Position numbers and translations under genes: made by a program. The notes under the pieces are model-generated. The model saw only the letters and a list, made by a program, of their open reading frames with translations, made no database searches and had not been told where the DNA came from. A DNA stretch of 64,000 nt from an uncultured Phycisphaerales bacterium. Its GTDB lineage: Bacteria > Planctomycetota > Phycisphaerae > Tepidisphaerales > Tepidisphaeraceae. The DNA lies in the NCBI GenBank assembly GCA_963755915.1, contig CAVWLP010000002.1, positions 64,001 through 128,000 of the forward strand, written 5' to 3'. Positions 41,618 to 50,513 of the stretch are shown one piece after another (position 1 is the first letter of the stretch; each line of letters starts with the position of its first letter).

Positions 41618-41978
41618 CGGCTTCGATAAGCTGCTTCAGCAGGGAGCGATGGCAATGCGACTCGCGCGTGCACGCGGAGGAGCACAGAAGGGTGATCGTC
41701 TCGCCGGCTTTCGAGCGATCGGCCAGTGACTGGATCAGCGATTTTTGAGATTTCATCTCCGCAAGATAGCGCTGTCGATATTGCGCCCAGGAAATAGGCG
41801 AGGAACTCTTCGCATGAAACGCCGCCAGCAGCTCCCGGCTGGGCCCGAGATCGGGCTGCCAGGCGTCCCAGGTTTCATCCGATTTGCTGACGCCGCGCGG
41901 GCGGTAGCGACAGATGAGCAGGCGAAAGCCGTCGTCTTTTTCGATGGAGTCGTTGAAGCGTTTGGTTTTGATGGGCAT
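41592..41978 (-). CDS. DUF488 (YeaO-like) protein
   Basis: DDGFRLLI.R..PRGVSK, W..DLGPS.EL, Y..EM, TITLLC, CHRSLL. Confidence 0.8.
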   Translation of the reverse strand: MPIKTKRFNDSIEKDDGFRLLICRYRPRGVSKSDETWDAWQPDLGPSRELLAAFHAKSSSPISWAQYRQRYLAEMKSQKSLIQSLADRSKAGETITLLCSSACTRESHCHRSLLKQLIEAAIAASDTG

Positions 41979-42109
41979 TGGAATCTGCCTAAAACGTAGA
42001 TTTTGTGGTGCAAACCTAGATCGCCAAACGAAGTATATGCTGAAAAACACGCAGATTACTTGCGAGTTCGCAAACTGTTAGGTACAGTTACCCTAGCCAG
42101 GAGAGTGCG

Positions 42110-42877
42110 ATGGCCGTGGGATCATCGATTGAATGGACGGACGCGACGTGGAACCCGGTTGCCGGATGCACGCCAGTTTCTGCAGGATGCAAGAATTGTT
42201 ATGCCGCGCGGATGGCGTTGCGATTGACGCACATGCCCAACGGTACGGGAAAGAAATACCATGGGACAGCAAAGCGGACGCGCGGCGGGCTTCCGGTTTT
42301 CACGGGTAGGATCAATTTAGATCGCGAATCTCTTGAACTGCCCCTTTCGTGGCGTTTGCCGCGAACGATTTTCGTCAACTCGATGAGCGATTTGTTCCAT
42401 GAGGATGTACCGCTCTCTTACATCGAAGAGATTTTCGAGGTAATGGTCTCATGCTCCAGGCATACGTTTCAAATTCTCACAAAGCGACCCGAACGCGCGG
42501 CGAGCTTAGCGAAGAATTTGCCATGGCCGGGAAATGTTTGGATGGGTACGAGCGTGGAGGACGACCGAGTCCTAGGCAGGGTGGATGAGCTGCGCCGGGT
42601 TCCAGCGCGCGTTCGGTTTCTATCGTGTGAGCCCCTAATCGGACCGCTTAGCGGTCTATTTTTGGATGATATCCATTGGGTGATCGTCGGAGGTGAATCG
42701 GGTCCTGGCGCCCGACAGATGGAGGAAGAATGGGTGCTGGAGATCAAGCGGCTTTGCGCAAAAAACCAGGTGCCGTTCTTTTTCAAACAATGGGGCGGTG
42801 TTCAGAAGCACAAGAGCGGTCGCCTACTTGACGATCGGACCTGGGATGAAATGCCTACGCTGGCGGCCGCGAGATGA
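42110..42877 (+). CDS. Gp37/Gp68 (DUF5131) three-Cys-motif protein
   Basis: IEWTDATWNPVAGCTPVSAGCKNCYA, FVNSMSDLFH, FQILTKR, FLSCEPL, WVIVGGESG, FFKQWGG; RBS AGGAG. Confidence 0.92.
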   Translation: MAVGSSIEWTDATWNPVAGCTPVSAGCKNCYAARMALRLTHMPNGTGKKYHGTAKRTRGGLPVFTGRINLDRESLELPLSWRLPRTIFVNSMSDLFHEDVPLSYIEEIFEVMVSCSRHTFQILTKRPERAASLAKNLPWPGNVWMGTSVEDDRVLGRVDELRRVPARVRFLSCEPLIGPLSGLFLDDIHWVIVGGESGPGARQMEEEWVLEIKRLCAKNQVPFFFKQWGGVQKHKSGRLLDDRTWDEMPTLAAAR

Positions 42878-42881
42878 GCAA

Positions 42882-44120
42882 ATGGGACGTGATTACCGCG
42901 ACAGTTTCTTTGATAGCAAAAGAGACTGGTCGAAATACAAGGATTCTGTTCTAGACTATTACCTCAAGCCCTATCTTGAAAAGGTTAAGATACTCGGAAA
43001 GCCAATTTGCGTCGTCGATATGTTTGCCGGCCGAGGGGAGTTTAAGTCGGGAGAACCTGGTTCGCCGCTCATTATCGCTAATTGGCTGAAAGGGCTCTCA
43101 GAACGAGGTTATGACGTCAAGCTGCGATGTTATGAAAACCATGCGGTCTTTTACGAGCATCTTAATGGCGTCCTTGAGAATTTTGCATTCGCGGAAGCTC
43201 TGCAAAAGGACTGTTTTGAGGACGTTGCCAGCATCGCCGATCTCGCGTTAACGCACACGACGCTCCTATATATCGATCCGTTCACCGCTACACAGCTTAG
43301 ATTTTCGAAATTAAGTTTGATCTTTGAAAGGGTGCGACAGAACTCAAGCGTCGAAGCGCTAATCATATTCATGGCGGGTGCGTTTATGAGGCACGCTGCG
43401 TCCGCTCACAATGGGGATATTGGTGCCGAGCGGCCCACAGCGTCGGCCGACCCTTTGCTCCGCGATGCCGAAGAAGACAGTGACGCCCTGTGGTCCGACT
43501 TAATTCCCGAAGACGAAGGGCCCACACAAAAACAGAAACTCAATCGAGAACTATTGGATGATATCGCTGGCGGTGGGTACTGGCAAGCTATCCTCGATGC
43601 TCCAGGTATTTTATGGGAGGAAAGATGCGCCAGGATGATCGATGGCTATCGCGAGAAATTGCGCCTTTGGTTTAAACTCGCCGAGGCATTGCCTGTCCAC
43701 GCCGACACCTCAGCGGCTTCAAAATATTGGATAGTCTTTGCGTCTCGCCATGAACCCGCCTTCGATCTTTTCAATGGCGCTGCTTGTAAAATTGTGCGTT
43801 CGCAGGCCAAGAACGTATTGACCAACGTCGGTTTGTTCGCGGGGACCGAAGGCACACCCGCGACACCGGCGCCGCAGACCGTCGATCGAGTTGTGAAGTC
43901 GGCCGGCAAAACTCATTTGCCGCGTAAATGGCAGGAATTCCGATGGCATATCTGCGGCAACAGGAATGTTGGCAGGTTTACCGAAGGCGAAGTGAATCAG
44001 AGTATCAGGCGATTGTTAAAATCGGGCTGGTTGAGCCGCGCCCCCGAGCGAGGAGTTGAGAAAGAATCGATCCTCTCGGCGACCATGCAGCTCATGTCCT
44101 GGCAAGAACGACCACAATAA
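42882..44120 (+). CDS. tcmP: Three-Cys-motif partner protein (TcmP-like, SAM-dependent methyltransferase-like fold)
   Basis: WSKYKDSVLDYYL, VDMFAGRG, PGSPL, YIDPF and a possible C-terminal wHTH; starts 4 bp after the DUF5131 gene. Confidence 0.8.
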   Translation: MGRDYRDSFFDSKRDWSKYKDSVLDYYLKPYLEKVKILGKPICVVDMFAGRGEFKSGEPGSPLIIANWLKGLSERGYDVKLRCYENHAVFYEHLNGVLENFAFAEALQKDCFEDVASIADLALTHTTLLYIDPFTATQLRFSKLSLIFERVRQNSSVEALIIFMAGAFMRHAASAHNGDIGAERPTASADPLLRDAEEDSDALWSDLIPEDEGPTQKQKLNRELLDDIAGGGYWQAILDAPGILWEERCARMIDGYREKLRLWFKLAEALPVHADTSAASKYWIVFASRHEPAFDLFNGAACKIVRSQAKNVLTNVGLFAGTEGTPATPAPQTVDRVVKSAGKTHLPRKWQEFRWHICGNRNVGRFTEGEVNQSIRRLLKSGWLSRAPERGVEKESILSATMQLMSWQERPQ

Positions 44121-44237
44121 TTAAGACCGCAATGACCTGAGAAGCTTATCGGCGCTCTGCGGCCGCAATTCACGATGACACGCCATAATGCCAGCGGCGA
44201 TGACACCTAAGGCGCCCAACCCGCGAGGGCCATAACA

Positions 44238-44519
44238 ATGACCGATCCCATTTTAGATTACCGAAAGCCGGAAGTTCCAGAGAAGAGGCGTACGGACTTT
44301 GGGGTCATGTCCATCGTTTCGATTGCGCTGGTATATCCGGCAGCAATGGTGGGCCCGCAACTGTCGGCCGTGATATTTTTTCTTGCCCTTGTTTTCGCCA
44401 TTTTTGGCGTCATCGAAAGCCGGCGGCAATCGGTGCTTAGCTGGGTTGGATTTGGGATATGCAGCTTAACGATCATCGCAATCGCCGTGATCGGATTTTT
44501 AGTCCGCAATGACCCGTGA
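44238..44519 (+). CDS. Small 2-3 TM membrane protein
   Basis: 93 aa, hydrophobic after an N-terminal ILDY motif. Confidence 0.6.
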   Translation: MTDPILDYRKPEVPEKRRTDFGVMSIVSIALVYPAAMVGPQLSAVIFFLALVFAIFGVIESRRQSVLSWVGFGICSLTIIAIAVIGFLVRNDP

Positions 44520-44577
44520 TGGCACGAATTAGGTAGCTTGGGGTCCCTCGCGAGCGGTTAACGCGCGGTGCGAGGGC

Positions 44578-45389
44578 TTACCCGTCAATTATCTTCCGGC
44601 ATCTCGGATAGTTGGGGCAGCCCCAGAACGATTTGCCGGCGTGGACACCCTGATGGGCGGTTCGGCGCTGCATGGGTATCTGACAGCTAGGGCAAAGGGG
44701 AGTTTTTATTTGTAACGGGGCATTCGTAAAGGTTTCCGCGGCCGGTGTAATCGGATTGGTGGTGTTGAGGATGGTTAGGAGCTCCTCGCCGTCGATCAGG
44801 CGCAAGGGCTTGTCCGCCGCGAACGAGCGGGCGTCGTCAGTGTAACGACCGCAGGTTACGAAGATTCCCTGGCAGCGGGTTTGGTGGGCGGCCATGGCGC
44901 CATAGAACTCGCGGACTTCCCGAACGCTGACTGTCGAAGATCGATAGCGTTTGCATTGCACCAGATGCGCAATGGTGGAATCGTTGTGCCGTCGTAGGGT
45001 CAGGTCCACTCCGCCATCGCCGGTGCCGCCGACCTCCTCCACACGGTATCCGCGACGGCGATACATATCGGCGATTGTTTTCTCAAAATCTGAGGGTGTA
45101 AGCCGGTGGAGATCGTCAAATGACCATCTCGAGCGGCGCCATCCCCGCCCGCGCCCGGATTTGATCCTTGCCGAACAAATCCAATCAGAGAAGCCACGCT
45201 CACGATTCCGGCAAGTAACCACAAGATCAGAGCGATGAACCTTCCAAGGTGCATCATCGCGTTGGGATCGATCCACTGAAAATAGGCAGCGGCAACGGCA
45301 AAAATCGTCGCCAGCGCGGCGCCTACTGCGGGGGCCGCAAGGGCCATTTCATAAAGATCGTCGATAATATTTCGTTCGCTCTGTGCCAC
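44578..45389 (-). CDS. Membrane-anchored Mrr-like restriction endonuclease with C-terminal topoisomerase-type C4 zinc ribbon (frameshift near 45165)
   Basis: FEKTIAD...GY, GDGGVD, VQCKRY, VREFYG, LIDGEEL; CPSC...FWGCPNYPRC. The TM N-terminus is in ORF 45000..45602. Confidence 0.85.
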
Positions 45390-45514
45390 GCTCGATTCTC
45401 GGAAGTGGGGCTTGAAATAGTGTACTATTGCAGCCGATTTAGAACTACATGGCCAGGGATTTCCGCGGGCGGTTACCAGGGCAATCGCGTAGTCTCGAAA
45501 GCCAAGTGGGGAGA

Positions 45515-45553
45515 CCCCCACCCCAGCCCTCCCCCGGAGTACCAGGGGAGGGG
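45515..45553. repeat. REP-like GTAC-loop palindrome, copy 2 (opposite orientation)
   Basis: CCCCCACCCCAGCCCTCCCCCGGAGTACCAGGGGAGGGG. Confidence 0.8.
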
Positions 45554-45775
45554 AGTGAGGTTGGACCCCGCCCCAACCCACTGAACACTTTTTCAGGCAC
45601 ATTTATCAACGAACCAACTAGCTGCCGCATAACTATGTTTCCCGCATACACTTGCACCAAACCTATAAGCTAGCGTTCACTAATCAAAATCTCAAAACTG
45701 TCCAGTTTTGTTCAGTTCTGTTCAGTCCCCCCAATATCGTCAAAACCCTTCCCTCCGCGTATTCTGTGTCCTCAA

Positions 45776-47623
45776 ATGCCCGACAACGAACTTGAGATCG
45801 CCTTCCAAAAACACTCCGCCGGCAATCTCTCTGAGGCCGAGGCGGGCTACCGGCGGTATCTCAAGGACAATCCCAACTCTGCCCCGGCGCTGCATTTCCT
45901 CGGCGTCCTCGTCGGCCAGCAGGGCAACAGCCGCGGCGCGATTGAATTGATCGGCAAGGCGATTTCGATCAACTCGCGAATCCCCGATTTCCATTCGAAC
46001 CTGGCGATGGCTTACAACGAATCAGGGGAACACGACAAGGCGATCGTCTGTTGCGAGAGGTCCCTGGCCCTCAAGCCCGAGAATCCCGAGGCGCTAAATC
46101 ATCTGGGCAATGCGCTGAAGCAACTGGGGAAGGTGGAGGATTCGATCGAGTGTTATCAACGGGCGATTGGCCTGAAGCCGGATTTCCTGCTGGCGATGAG
46201 CAACCTCGCCGACAGCTTTCGGCGGCTGGGGCGCGGGGGCGAGGCCGAGAAGATGGACGAGCGGGTGCTGGCGCTGAAACCCAACGACGCCACGGCCCTG
46301 CGCCCGCGGGCCGAGTCTCTATTACGACAGAATAAATCGAATGACGCCCTGGCAATCTTTCGCAGGATCATCAGCGCCTCGCCGGGCGACTGGTTTGGAT
46401 ATAACGGGGCGGGGGTGGCGCTGGCGCAGCAGCAGAAGCTGGATGACGCCATTGAGATGTATCAGAAGGCGATCGAGCTTTCGCCCGAGAATCCGGGGCC
46501 CTGGAATAACCTGGGGCATGCGCGGATCACCCAGGGAAAAATCGACGAGGGGATGTCGGCCTATTTGAAAGCGCTGGCGCTGCGGCCGGATTTCGCCGAT
46601 ACGCACAACAACCTGGCGAACGCATATCTTTCCCGCCTCGATCTGGAAAAGGCGATGGCCGAGTATGAGGCGGCGATGTTTTTCCGGCCCGACCATGCCG
46701 ATGCGCACTGGAATCGGTCGCTGCTGCTGCTGCTCCAGGGAGATTATCCGCGGGGATGGCTGGAATATGAGTGGCGATGGCTGAAGTTTCCCCAGTTCCG
46801 CCGGCAGTTTCCGCAACCGATCTGGGACGGCGGAGATATTTCCGGCAAGACCATTCTCGTGCACGCCGAGCAGGGGTTTGGGGATACGTTTCAGTTCATC
46901 CGGCTTGCCCCGATGGTGGCGGAGCGGGGCGCGACGGTGAATCTGGAATGTCAGAGGGAATTGTCGGCGCTGCTTCAGCATGTGCCGGGGATTGCGCGGA
47001 CCGTGAGCCGGGGCGATCCGCTGCCGCCATTTGACGTGCATTGTCCGCTGCTGAGCGTTCCGCATGCGCTGCGGCTGTCGCCGGAGCAGGTCTCGGCGAA
47101 GGTGCCGTACCTCTCGGTGGATGACAATCTGCGGAAGAGGTGGGAGAGGCGATTGGAGCCGCAGGCGAAGAAATTCAAAGTGGGAATCGTCTGGGCGGGA
47201 GCGACGATTCATCCGAAGGACGCGGAACGCTCGATGGAGCTGAAGCGGTTTGCCCCCCTGGCGGCGATCGAAAACGTGGCGATTTTCAGTTTGCAGAAAG
47301 CGAGCGGACGGGCGGCGGAGAATGTGGATTTCGAGGTGATCGATCATACGCATGAGCTGCACGATTTCGCGGATACGGCAGCGCTGATTTTGAACCTGGA
47401 CCTGGTGATCGGCGTGGACACATCGGTGGTGCACCTGGCGGGAGCGCTGGGAAGGCCGGTGTGGACGCTGCTGCCCTTTTCGCCGGACTGGCGGTGGCTG
47501 CTGGGCAGGGAAGATTCGCCGTGGTATCCCACGATGAGATTGTTCAGGCAGTCGCGGGTGGGGGATTGGGAGGGAGTGATGCGAGCGGCCGGAGAGGCGC
47601 TGCGCGAGAGAGTGGAGCAGTAG
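45776..47623 (+). CDS. TPR-repeat protein with C-terminal GT9-like glycosyltransferase domain
   Basis: Multiple TPRs followed by EQGFGDTFQF, DTSVVHLAGALG, WRW...SPWYPTMRLFRQ. Confidence 0.9.
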   Translation: MPDNELEIAFQKHSAGNLSEAEAGYRRYLKDNPNSAPALHFLGVLVGQQGNSRGAIELIGKAISINSRIPDFHSNLAMAYNESGEHDKAIVCCERSLALKPENPEALNHLGNALKQLGKVEDSIECYQRAIGLKPDFLLAMSNLADSFRRLGRGGEAEKMDERVLALKPNDATALRPRAESLLRQNKSNDALAIFRRIISASPGDWFGYNGAGVALAQQQKLDDAIEMYQKAIELSPENPGPWNNLGHARITQGKIDEGMSAYLKALALRPDFADTHNNLANAYLSRLDLEKAMAEYEAAMFFRPDHADAHWNRSLLLLLQGDYPRGWLEYEWRWLKFPQFRRQFPQPIWDGGDISGKTILVHAEQGFGDTFQFIRLAPMVAERGATVNLECQRELSALLQHVPGIARTVSRGDPLPPFDVHCPLLSVPHALRLSPEQVSAKVPYLSVDDNLRKRWERRLEPQAKKFKVGIVWAGATIHPKDAERSMELKRFAPLAAIENVAIFSLQKASGRAAENVDFEVIDHTHELHDFADTAALILNLDLVIGVDTSVVHLAGALGRPVWTLLPFSPDWRWLLGREDSPWYPTMRLFRQSRVGDWEGVMRAAGEALRERVEQ

Positions 47624-47647
47624 ACGGGTGAGCAGGAGAGCGGGATG

Positions 47648-47687
47648 CGAAATTCGAAATTCGAAATTCGAATGTGCGAAACGAATG
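47648..47687. repeat. Heptamer tandem repeat (CGAAATT)n
   Basis: Three exact copies plus degenerate copies downstream of the TPR gene. Confidence 0.7.
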
Positions 47688-47728
47688 CGCTTGGGCAGCG
47701 AGGGAGGTCCGGCATTTTGGCAGATTGG

Positions 47729-47798
47729 CCCCCTCCCCTGCCCTCCCCTCTTCGAACCCGAGCCTCAGAGCTGAAGGCCGGATTACCGGGGGCGGGGG
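47729..47798. repeat. REP-like palindrome, copy 3, interrupted by a ~29-bp second repeat
   Basis: CCCCTCCCCTGCCCTCCCC-[TCTTCGAACCCGAGCCTCAGAGCTGAAGG]-CCGGATTACCGGGGGCGGGGG. Confidence 0.65.
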
Positions 47799-47863
47799 CG
47801 GGATGAAATATCTGGGGCGCTCATGCGGGGCCGGGAAATCGCCGATATTGGGGTTATCGGACC

Positions 47864-50502
47864 ATGGTTGCCCGAAGGTTCTCCATTTTTCTCGCTCTTT
47901 TTCCGCTGCTGATGGCCGCGGCGCCGGCGGATGTCAGCCGGGTGCTCAAGTCGATTGATTTCGAGGAACGCCGCATGGGGAACATGGAAGACCTGCCCAT
48001 GCACTGGAGCAAAGTGACCGGGCCGGGGCTTCCTTATTATGTCAACGGCCACCTCTCCAATGACATGGCCCACAGCGGCCAGTGGAGCTTTCGGTTTGAT
48101 CTCAATGGCGGGTCGCTGATCTATCGGTATGACCCCAAGGAAGTGCCGATCCGGCTGGGGGCGCATTACCAGGTCGATTGTTATGCGCTGACGAGCGTGC
48201 TGCCGCATGCCCGGGCGCGGGTGACGGCCTATTTCACCGACCTGGACGGGCACCCGATTCCCAATACCACCGTGCATTCGGAGCTTTATGCGGCGAAAAG
48301 CGAAGGGGAGCCGTGGCATGAGCTTTCGATCGAGCTTTCGGCGCAGAAGCCGGCGGCGGCTTACCTAGCCGTACAACTGGAACTGCTTCAGCCGAGCCTC
48401 TACGCCCCCAGCACGCTGGGAGACCGGACGCTGTTTGACCAGGACATTTACGGCTCGGCGTGGTTTGACGATCTGACGATTTCGCAGGTGCCGGAAGTGA
48501 TCCTCAGCTCGGGTCATCCCGGGAATGTCTTTCGCCGCAGCGATCCACTTCAGCTTTCGGTGCTGGTGAACGACCGGTTTACCGACGACCTGGCGGCCCA
48601 GTTGCTCATCAGCGATGCGGGAAATGCCGTGATCTATCAGCACAGTGGGGCGATTGACGTTGCCACCGCACAGGACCTGGGGCCGGGGTTGAAGCAGATG
48701 CTCGTTTCGCTGCCCGATCTTCCGCCGGGGTGGTATCAGGCGAAGCTGGTCATGACCAGCCGGGGGCAGTACGTCGGGGCGCAGAGCATTGATTTCGTGC
48801 GGCTGGCGGATGACGTGACCAGCTTCGCGCCGATCCGCGGTTTGGGGTGATCGCCACGGATTTGCCGTTCGATGGATGGTCGCAGCTTCCCGATCTTCTG
48901 CCGCTGCTGGGGACCGGGCGCGTGAAGCTGGCGGTCTGGAGCAAGCAGGGCGACGTGGAGCAGGTGGATCCGGGGGGGTTTGACACGCTCCTGGAGCAGC
49001 TTCAGAAAAATGGAATTACCCTGACGGCGTGCCTGGCGGCGCTGCCGCCGCAGATCGCGCAAAACATCGGCAGCAGCGACTGGACGGCGCTGGCCCAGGC
49101 GCCGCCGGAGACGTGGCAGCAGCCGCTCGCGTATATGGTGGCGCGTCATGCCAACCATCTGGACCGGTGGCAGTTCGGCGACGACAAAGACGCAGCGGAT
49201 TTCGTGCAGCGGGCCGGAATGGGGCAGGTCTATAACCTGATTTATGCGGCGTTCGCGCGGGTGGTGGTGAAGCCGGACCTGGCGATGCCCTGGCCGGCGT
49301 GGTACGACCTGAGCGGGAATCTGCCGGCCACGGTGGCGCTGTCAATTCCGCCGGATGTTTTGCCCTCGCAGATTCCGCTCTACACCCAGGACATTCGCGG
49401 GCACGAGGGGCACAATCTTTCCCTGAGCTTGCAGCTTCTGGACGACCGCTACGGGCGCGAGGTGCAGATTCGCGACCTGGCGCAGCGGGTGGTTTACGCG
49501 CTGGCGGGGGGAGCGAGCCGGATCGATTTGCCGCTGCCTTTCACGGTGCATAGGCAGAACGATCATGTGACGCCGGAGCCAAAGGAATTGCTGCTGATCA
49601 TGCGGACATTGCTGGCGCAGCTATCGGGGGCGACGTATCGGGGGAAGATTCCCAACGCAAGCAACGTGGATGCGTTTTTGTTTGACCGCAACGGGCAGGG
49701 GCTGATGGTGATCTGGAGCCGAGGGCAGGAAAACAAAGCCCGCCCGCTGGCGCTGAATCTGGGCCAGCATCCGGAGCGGATTGATCTATGGGGAAACGTG
49801 ACGCCGCTGGCGGTTTCGCAAAGCTCGCAGTCGCAGGCGGTGACGCTGGACGTGGGACCGATGCCATTTTTCCTGGTGGACATCGACAGCACGACGGCGC
49901 AGATGCGGGCCAGCGTGACGCTGGACAAGCCGCTGCTGGAATCGAGCTTTCAGCCGCACACGCGGCACATCCGGTTTTCGAATCCGAGCCAGATGACAAT
50001 CAGCGGCATGGTGAAGCTGGCTCCGCCGCCGGGATGGACGCTGACGCCTTCGGTCTTCAACTTCACGCTCAATCCCGGTGAAGTATTCGATCATGAGATC
50101 ACCATAGAATTCCCGTACAACAGTTACGCCGGGCCGAAGACGATCAACGCGAATTTCGACGTTCAGACGGATCGGGAGACGACTTTTACGGTGCCGGTGA
50201 TCGTGAACCTGGGGCTCAGCGACGTCGGAATGCGGACGATTGCCCTTCGGGAGAATTCCGATTTGATCGTCCAGCAGATGATCAGCAATTACGGGGACAA
50301 GCCGATCAACTACAACGCGTTTGTCGTCTACCCGGGTCAAGCCCGGCAGGAACGGCTGGTAATGCAACTGGCGCCGGGGCGTACTATCATCAAGCTTTAT
50401 CGCTTCAACAACGTGCAGTTCATTCCCAATGCCAAGGTCCGCAGCGGGCTTCGGGAACTTGAGGGGACAAGGATTCTTAATGATGAAGTGACTGTGCAGT
50501 AA
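47864..50502 (+). CDS. Large exported protein: CBM-like N-domain, TIM-barrel-like middle, NEW3/Ig-like C-domains (probable frameshift near 48820-48845)
   Basis: Signal peptide, AHSG..S and AWFDDL (carbohydrate-binding jelly-roll-like), PPPGWTL.P (NEW3-like). It could instead be two coupled genes, since a GTGA overlap exists at 48847. Confidence 0.55.
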
Positions 50503-50513
50503 GATAGCGGGGT

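Noticed and set aside
42110-42877. Gp37/Gp68 gene as evidence of a prophage
   Set aside because: No integrase, terminase, capsid or tail genes are nearby, and this family is common outside phages with TcmP.
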